Of a stretch of DNA of 64,000 bases, positions 58,001 to 64,000 are shown in pieces. Below the pieces are notes generated by a model that was not told where the DNA came from, made no database searches, and was given only the letters and a program-made list of their open reading frames with translations. A program made the translations under genes and the position numbers. Numbering within the stretch: the first letter of the stretch is position 1; each line of letters starts with the position of its first letter. Source of the DNA: an uncultured virus (IMG/VR IMGVR_UViG_3300028490_000394) (lineage: Duplodnaviria; Heunggongvirae; Uroviricota; Caudoviricetes); IMG/VR virus record IMGVR_UViG_3300028490_000394. One strand, 5' to 3'.

Positions 58001-58438
58001 ATGCTTAAATACATTGAAGGTAATATCTTTGACTCCACTTGTCAAACAATTGTTAACCCTGTAAATTGTATTGGCGTTATGGGCGGAGGCCTTGCTTATC
58101 AGTTTAAAGTCAGGTTTCCTGAAATGAATAAAACTTATGTTGCTGCATGCAAGTCTAATCTTTTGCGACCTGGTATGCTTTCTTTACATAAAGAATCTAC
58201 TTCTCGCTGGATTTTAAACTTTCCTACTAAAGACCACTATAAAGATCCTTCTCTTATGTCATATGTTGAGAATGGACTTCTTAAGTTTGTTGATACTTAT
58301 GAAGCTCGAGGTATTACTTCTATTGCTTTCCCTGGCCTAGGTGCCGGGTTAGGTGGTTTAGACCGAGACGACGTGCACGTACTTTTTGAAAAGTACTTAT
58401 CTAATTTACCCATAAAGGTTGAAATCTATGTTGCTTAA
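58001..58438 (+). CDS. Macrodomain protein (DarG/TARG1-like)
   Basis: GNIF, IVNPVNC.GVMG.GLA.QFK, NFPTK.H, SIAFP.LG.G.GGL. Confidence 0.9.
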   Translation: MLKYIEGNIFDSTCQTIVNPVNCIGVMGGGLAYQFKVRFPEMNKTYVAACKSNLLRPGMLSLHKESTSRWILNFPTKDHYKDPSLMSYVENGLLKFVDTYEARGITSIAFPGLGAGLGGLDRDDVHVLFEKYLSNLPIKVEIYVA

Positions 58439-58537
58439 TAAACTTATTAAATTTAATGACAAACACTTTGGAGCTATTATTATAACTATGAACGTTGCTC
58501 TTATTCTTTCTCTATTTATTTCTGAGGTGTTTAAATA

Positions 58538-59110
58538 ATGAAAAAATATGAAATATTACTGACTATTATTTGCATTGGTTTTCTTATATATATCGGTATA
58601 GTTTATTCTAATTTTCACCCAGATACAGAATATTCTAAAAGAACTATTTACCCTGTTGTTAAAAACAAAGGCTTACCCTCTCAAGCTATATCTTATGAAT
58701 ACAGCCGTTATGGTTTCTTTGGTGATAAAGCTGAAGCACCTTATACTGGTGAATGTGAAAAAGAACTCTTTAATCGTTATGCTGATATCAATAACTCTAC
58801 TCTTTGTATGAATACTTTCATTTCTCAGATCTCTGACACTAATCAGACTTACCAGCAGTTATTCAATCATAGAAAAGAACTTCTGAGTTGTGTTGAAATT
58901 GGTGATACTAATTTTGAAAAGGCTTTAGATTTTAATTACTTTGGTATTGATATACCTATATATACTTTACCTGGGCGTGGTATTCTTTGTCATGAAAATA
59001 AGGAATTACTTTCTGCTAAATTACTCCCTTTTAAAGTTGTGTTTGGGCTTCTATTCCTATTTCCTGTTTTCTTACTTATTATCTCAAAAAAAGGACCAAA
59101 AAATGACTAA
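58538..59110 (+). CDS. Membrane protein, paralog of 59103
   Basis: APYTGECEKELFNRYA identical in both; TM at each end. Confidence 0.78.
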   Translation: MKKYEILLTIICIGFLIYIGIVYSNFHPDTEYSKRTIYPVVKNKGLPSQAISYEYSRYGFFGDKAEAPYTGECEKELFNRYADINNSTLCMNTFISQISDTNQTYQQLFNHRKELLSCVEIGDTNFEKALDFNYFGIDIPIYTLPGRGILCHENKELLSAKLLPFKVVFGLLFLFPVFLLIISKKGPKND

Positions 59111-59684
59111 AAACAAATTAACTTCTGAACAAACTCTTGGTATTATACTTCTTATCGGTGTTATTCTTGTTTCTATAATTACATACTCTATTTATCCAGA
59201 CCATGAATATAAAGATCGGATCGTCTATCCGGTTGTAAAAAATACAAACCTACCTGCACAATATATATCAAGTGAGCTTCAGTATGCATTTGATAAGAAT
59301 GAAACTATCTCTGCACCTTATACTGGTGAATGCGAGAAGGAGCTTTTTAACCGTTATGCAGAGTCAAATAACTCATTTGCTTGTATGGATACTTTCCTTT
59401 TAGATATTAACCAGTCTAAAACTTATGGGCAATTATTTGATAACCGCAAATCTCTTTTAAGTTGTATTACCCGTAAAGACGTTATTTATAGACCTTTAAA
59501 AATTAACTTTATGGGTATTGATATTCCTTTGTTTGAACTCCCTACTGTAGGTATTCTTTGTAAAGAAAACAAGACTATGCTTAAAGACGGTGTATTTCCT
59601 TTTATGGTTATATTATCTATTGCTGGATTATTAATTATCTTATCTGTATTCAGAACACTTCGAGCTAAATTTGAACAGGAATAA
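59103..59684 (+). CDS. Membrane protein, paralog of 58538
   Basis: As above; start at RBS-supported ATG. Confidence 0.78.
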   Translation: MTKNKLTSEQTLGIILLIGVILVSIITYSIYPDHEYKDRIVYPVVKNTNLPAQYISSELQYAFDKNETISAPYTGECEKELFNRYAESNNSFACMDTFLLDINQSKTYGQLFDNRKSLLSCITRKDVIYRPLKINFMGIDIPLFELPTVGILCKENKTMLKDGVFPFMVILSIAGLLIILSVFRTLRAKFEQE

Positions 59685-59746
59685 CTTCTTATAACATTTT
59701 ATCGTTCATATTATTTGAACATAATTTTTAGAAAGGAGTTTCTCTT

Positions 59747-60325
59747 ATGAAAACTCAACAATTTTACACGAAAAATGCTGCTAGTTATATCGAAGACTCT
59801 ATGTCTTTTGATATGACTAAGTTCTATAAAATCCTCGATACATTTATCGATCGACTTAATCACCCCTCTCATACACTTGATATTGGATTTGGTTCCGCTA
59901 GAGAAATGCTCTATTTAGAGTTCAAATCTCATAATGTTATCGGTATAGACTCTTGCCCTGAATTCATTCAGAATGCTAGAGATCAAAAGCTGACAGTGTA
60001 TCCGGGTGTTTTACCTGACATGACTAGTTTACCTTATCATATCAAATATGACCTGGTTTACTCTGTTGGTCTTATTTTCCATTTGAATAAAGAGGATCGT
60101 ATCCAGTTATTTGAAAATACAATTAAACGTATGAAGCCAGGCGCTGTTTTAGTTTTGTCTTATAATACACTTGATCGTTCTTCTGATACTGATCGTGAGT
60201 TCTTTACTCTTGATCAAGACGAAGTTAATGCTGAGGTTGGTTTATTAGTTATTAAAGAAGAAGTCATGAAAGATTCTAAACGGGATTTTGATTGGATTAC
60301 TGTTGCTTACATGAAAGGTTGTTAA
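59747..60325 (+). CDS. Class I SAM-dependent methyltransferase
   Basis: LDIGFGS, GID, YDLV, KPGA. Confidence 0.88.
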   Translation: MKTQQFYTKNAASYIEDSMSFDMTKFYKILDTFIDRLNHPSHTLDIGFGSAREMLYLEFKSHNVIGIDSCPEFIQNARDQKLTVYPGVLPDMTSLPYHIKYDLVYSVGLIFHLNKEDRIQLFENTIKRMKPGAVLVLSYNTLDRSSDTDREFFTLDQDEVNAEVGLLVIKEEVMKDSKRDFDWITVAYMKGC

Positions 60326-60497
60326 TATGATTTCTTTTCTTGAGGCGCACTTGACTGCGATTTTTACAGTTGGTACCATTGCTTTTTCTTATGGTATCTA
60401 TCAATCTCTATATCCCTTTTATCTGTATTTAACAGTTACTTGGGGTATTACACTTTAGGTAAAGGCTTATGCCTTTCCTACCTAGTTTCCGAAGAAA

Positions 60498-60695
60498 CTA
60501 TGAATATTGTTTTATTTTTTTTAGTTTTAGATCCATTAATGCTTTGAAAATTGTGTCTTCTTTTACGTCTGCATATTTGCCCATTGAACCTTGTCCAATT
60601 ACTTCTTTTATTTCTTTAGCCTCTATCAGGGTATCTAAAACTTTTGTTTGATTAGTAGTTAGTGTTATACCTTCTATCTTTTTATGTTCTGCCAT
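60498..60695 (-). CDS. Hypothetical protein
   Basis: AAGGA RBS, TGATATAAT. Confidence 0.65.
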   Translation of the reverse strand: MAEHKKIEGITLTTNQTKVLDTLIEAKEIKEVIGQGSMGKYADVKEDTIFKALMDLKLKKIKQYS

Positions 60696-60766
60696 TTATA
60701 ATCCTTTTTTATTTATTATATCAAATATAACCTTTAAGCCTACTTGAGTTTATTTAGAGAGAACCC

Positions 60767-61264
60767 TTACCATTGTTTATTTAAGTAAAATCTATTCTTT
60801 TTATTATAAATATAAAACACTTTACTAGGGTCTTTCCCAAATAATGGAAAACAAGTTTTATTTGGTTTAGACTCTATGTCTTCGTCTAACATTAAATACC
60901 TATCTGTTTCAAAATAAGATTTTCCTGCTTTTAATTCACCAAACTCTTGCATTCTACCTATTCTTCCTAAACCAGTATGTCTATCATGCATATATCTATG
61001 AGCTTCGTCACACACTAAAATATGTCCGTCACAATGATTTCCTCCTGTGATCATATTCTTAATATAATCCGCATGCCCTGGACAGTCCATGATCAATATA
61101 GGTTGAGTAAAGGAATTTTCCTCTGTAATAGACTTTACAAAGTCGTCTTCTCCAAATGAAATCCCAGTATGAAAACAAGGTACTCCTGCTCTTGTGCTTG
61201 CTGCTGCTATAGATACCGCAACTTTTTCTCCTATATTCATAATTAATCCTTCTTTAGTTTTCAT
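60767..61264 (-). CDS. Small protein carrying an EF-Tu switch II segment
   Basis: [15 protein letters not shown]...DG.ILV; rest not EF-Tu-like. Confidence 0.7.
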   Translation of the reverse strand: MKTKEGLIMNIGEKVAVSIAAASTRAGVPCFHTGISFGEDDFVKSITEENSFTQPILIMDCPGHADYIKNMITGGNHCDGHILVCDEAHRYMHDRHTGLGRIGRMQEFGELKAGKSYFETDRYLMLDEDIESKPNKTCFPLFGKDPSKVFYIYNKKNRFYLNKQW

Positions 61265-61349
61265 AGTATATCCAATATAACCTTTAAACCTAGTTATCTT
61301 TTAAGTTTTTTTTGATATACTTATCATACTTAAACATAAGGAACATAAC

Positions 61350-61889
61350 ATGACTATTTCTGATCAAGAAAAAATTTACCTATTAGACAGTATTAACACT
61401 ATTAAGGACTTCCCTAAACCAGGTATCGATTTTAAAGATATCTCTAGCCTATTGGCCAATCCTGAGGCTTTAACAGTGTTAATGGACATTCTTGAAAAAG
61501 AATTTAAAGACTCTGGAACAAATTATATTGCTGGTTTAGAATCTCGTGGTTTTATTTTTGGTGCTATGCTTGCTGATAGACTTAAGATACCTTTCGTACT
61601 TGTACGTAAAGCTGGGAAACTTCCTGGAGAAACAATCTCTCTTTCTTATGAACTTGAATATGGCTCTGATACTATTGAAATTCAAGCTGGTGCTTTTGAT
61701 AAATACTCTCATGTACTTGTTATTGACGATCTTCTTGCTACTGGTGGTACCGCTGCAGCTGCTATTGAACTTATCAAAAAAGCTACTGACGATAAAGTTG
61801 CTATTCATACATGTTTTGTTATGGAACTTATGGACCTCAAGGGACGAGATAAAATCTCAGAAGAAATTTCTACTGTTCTAGAAATCTAG
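61350..61889 (+). CDS. apt: Adenine phosphoribosyltransferase
   Basis: DFPKPGI.FKDI, ESRGF, RK.GKLPG, YELEYG, IDDLLATGGT. Confidence 0.96.
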   Translation: MTISDQEKIYLLDSINTIKDFPKPGIDFKDISSLLANPEALTVLMDILEKEFKDSGTNYIAGLESRGFIFGAMLADRLKIPFVLVRKAGKLPGETISLSYELEYGSDTIEIQAGAFDKYSHVLVIDDLLATGGTAAAAIELIKKATDDKVAIHTCFVMELMDLKGRDKISEEISTVLEI

Positions 61890-61891
61890 AA

Positions 61892-62173
61892 CTACTTTAT
61901 AAATTTCTTTACATACGCATATGCTGCTAAGAATAATTCATATTCTTTCAGCGTTATCTTAAACTCATTCTCGTGAGCTATATGGTTTCTTATTTTCACT
62001 ATTGTCCATAATGAATCTTTTAAAAATTGATTTGTGATTTTTTCTGAGAGTGCTTTTAGTTTTCCACCAAAAGTTAATGTTTTGTCTAATTTTTTGTACT
62101 TACGTTGCAAAAGGGTTTCTATTTCTTTTGCCTTTGTCATTATATCCGCTTGCTTCTGTTGTGCTAGTGCCAT
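61892..62173 (-). CDS. HEPN/DUF4145-like protein
   Basis: RNHIAH (Rx4H) motif. Confidence 0.6.
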   Translation of the reverse strand: MALAQQKQADIMTKAKEIETLLQRKYKKLDKTLTFGGKLKALSEKITNQFLKDSLWTIVKIRNHIAHENEFKITLKEYELFLAAYAYVKKFIK

Positions 62174-62239
62174 GGTATTAATCCTTTTTCATAGATTATA
62201 CCACTTTCTTTAATATTTTTTGTACTTCTGCTGCTGAGT

Positions 62240-62494
62240 TTACTGTTCCACTTCGATATTGTATAGAAACTTATTTAGATCCGCATATAATGGTCTTTCT
62301 TCACCGCTTACCATTTCCATATATTCTAAAACGTCCATTAATAAATTCCGTGCATACGTATCATAAGTGTTGGGTTCATTTTCACTTGTCATTTTACCTT
62401 CAACATATGTTAACTTATTATACAGGTCCCTGTCGTCACCATTTGTCATTTCCATGAATCTTATTGATTCTTTAACTAATTCTAATAAATCCAT
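62240..62494 (-). CDS. Hypothetical protein with internal repeat
   Basis: MEM..G..R.LY..L occurs twice. Confidence 0.68.
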   Translation of the reverse strand: MDLLELVKESIRFMEMTNGDDRDLYNKLTYVEGKMTSENEPNTYDTYARNLLMDVLEYMEMVSGEERPLYADLNKFLYNIEVEQ

Positions 62495-62496
62495 AC

Positions 62497-62760
62497 TTAT
62501 ACCTTCCCTTCTTTTCTAAGTCTTTTTACTGCGCCTGGTTTAAGTAACTTATATTGCCTTAAAAGTTCCCTTTGAATAGTTGCGTCAGTTGCTGTTTCTT
62601 TTAACGTTAAAAGAACTGCATTTGATTCGAATGCATATACTGATATTTTATTATCTTCAGCTGCACCAATTGACACATACGTATAGAAGTTACTTTTTTC
62701 TACTTCAGTTGTTAAAATCTCTTGTGTTTTTCTGTTTTGAATTCCTATTTCTACTAGCAT
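62497..62760 (-). CDS. Hypothetical protein
   Basis: ORF in operon-like run. Confidence 0.68.
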   Translation of the reverse strand: MLVEIGIQNRKTQEILTTEVEKSNFYTYVSIGAAEDNKISVYAFESNAVLLTLKETATDATIQRELLRQYKLLKPGAVKRLRKEGKV

Positions 62761-62761
62761 A

Positions 62762-63274
62762 TTAAATTCTTTCTATTGGAAAAATATATTTTTTATTTTT
62801 TAGTTCTCTCACAACTCTTGTTTTTCCTCTTTTTGAAAATAGTTTTGTAAAGTACTTTAGCGAGTCTACTTCTGATTTATCTAAATCTTCTTCTTTTACT
62901 GATACCCCTGTTACAGTTTGTACTTCACCAGGATCTGTAATCATATCTCTCATTAAATATAACCCAACTTCTTTTGCATTTTCTTCTATATTTTGAAATC
63001 TATTATCTTTCTCTATTAGACTAAATCTAGTATCTATCCCCTCGTTAAACACTTCTATATTCATTACTGAACTAATTGTTTTATCTTTTATATTATAAAT
63101 AAAAACCCTCTTTCTATTTGCTACTACTGGATCTTTACTTGTAACTGATTTTTTATTTATTTTTATTTTTGTTATCTTGCAAAAAAACTCTCCTAAAAAT
63201 ATAAATTGTTCTGCTATCGTTTCTGGATCAATTGTTGTGAATGTATCACCTGGTTTTACTATTAATTTTGGCAT
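62762..63274 (-). CDS. Hypothetical protein, paralog of 63368
   Basis: KPGDTF, LG.FFC, NIEENA shared. Confidence 0.75.
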   Translation of the reverse strand: MPKLIVKPGDTFTTIDPETIAEQFIFLGEFFCKITKIKINKKSVTSKDPVVANRKRVFIYNIKDKTISSVMNIEVFNEGIDTRFSLIEKDNRFQNIEENAKEVGLYLMRDMITDPGEVQTVTGVSVKEEDLDKSEVDSLKYFTKLFSKRGKTRVVRELKNKKYIFPIERI

Positions 63275-63367
63275 TTTATGTTCCTTTTGTTTATACCTGT
63301 ATTATAGCATTATTGAGCTGTTTATAACCTTAGGAGCAATGTTGCTCCAGGAAGACGTTTGAATGTC

Positions 63368-63883
63368 TTATGTTCTTACTAATGGGTAAGTACCTTTGTT
63401 TTCTTTTAGTTCTTTTAGGAATTTTGTTTTTCCTTTTTTGAGTAATAGTTCAGTGAAGTAGTTCATATTACTTACCTCTTTTTCTTTTAGATCGTCTTCA
63501 GTTACTGATACCGCTGTTACAGCTCTAGAAAACTGCTGTTTAATCAACATATCTCTAATGTGATCAAGTGCAATTTCTATCGCATTTTCTTCTATATTTG
63601 AAAACGCAGGATTATTTTCATTATATGCATATCCAAAGTCAAGTGCTGCTGCAAAGTCTTTGAAGCTACGATATGATTGAATGTATCCTTTTTTTACGTC
63701 ATAGTAAAATGTTAACTCTATAGTATAGTCAACTTCTTTTTTGACAGTTACTGATTTTATGTTTGCTCTTGCTTTTGCTATTCTACAAAAGAATGTTCCT
63801 AAGTAAATAACTTTTTGTGTTGGATCCTCTGTTACGAAGGTATCACCTGGTTTGATCTCTGTAAAATCTATATGTTTTAACAT
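63368..63883 (-). CDS. Hypothetical protein, paralog of 62762
   Basis: As above. Confidence 0.75.
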   Translation of the reverse strand: MLKHIDFTEIKPGDTFVTEDPTQKVIYLGTFFCRIAKARANIKSVTVKKEVDYTIELTFYYDVKKGYIQSYRSFKDFAAALDFGYAYNENNPAFSNIEENAIEIALDHIRDMLIKQQFSRAVTAVSVTEDDLKEKEVSNMNYFTELLLKKGKTKFLKELKENKGTYPLVRT

Positions 63884-64000
63884 AATTTTATCCTTTTAAA
63901 ATGGGTTTACAGTTAAATAATAACTGATTCTTTTGTTTTAAGAGTCAATCTTAAAGAATAACTGTTGTTTATTTGGCATAATAAAATAAAAAGGATTATA

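Noticed and set aside
2577..62765. Numerous short antisense or alternate-frame ORFs in the track (for example 2577, 3148, 11047, 11058, 55322, 56332, 61536)
   Set aside because: Shadows of better-supported genes

Overview
AT-rich window with strong strand skew (+ strand T-rich) that looks like the accessory region of a jumbo phage or other giant extrachromosomal element. The TGnTATAAT promoters, AAGGA RBSs and gene set would fit a Campylobacterota-type host, but that is an inference; no capsid, terminase or replication hallmark gene is visible here. Main contents: (1) 11 dispersed type IV pilin-like genes, most behind a shared CCGA-N16/17-TATATA motif. (2) Several RNA gene clusters with about 9 canonical tRNAs (6 with CAT anticodons, Val, Trp and an amber-suppressor CUA) and about 20 tRNA-like RNAs that keep the acceptor stem and D/T elbow but have deleted, shrunken or replaced anticodon arms, including two double-elbow tRNA fusions. 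(3) Translation-linked cis elements: an attenuator-like leader before the Trp/Val/Met tRNA operon, and an amber-interrupted, Pro-Pro-stop minigene between the suppressor tRNA and a Pth2-like operon. (4) Auxiliary genes: hisS, apt, spermidine synthase-like, Na+/H+ antiporter, K+ channel, S8/M15/M50 peptidases, DHH, NADAR, macrodomain, two kinase-like proteins and a protein carrying an EF-Tu segment. (5) Many tandem paralog families. The 4-mer GATG/CATC appears to be avoided throughout. All calls are by eye, with no database searches.
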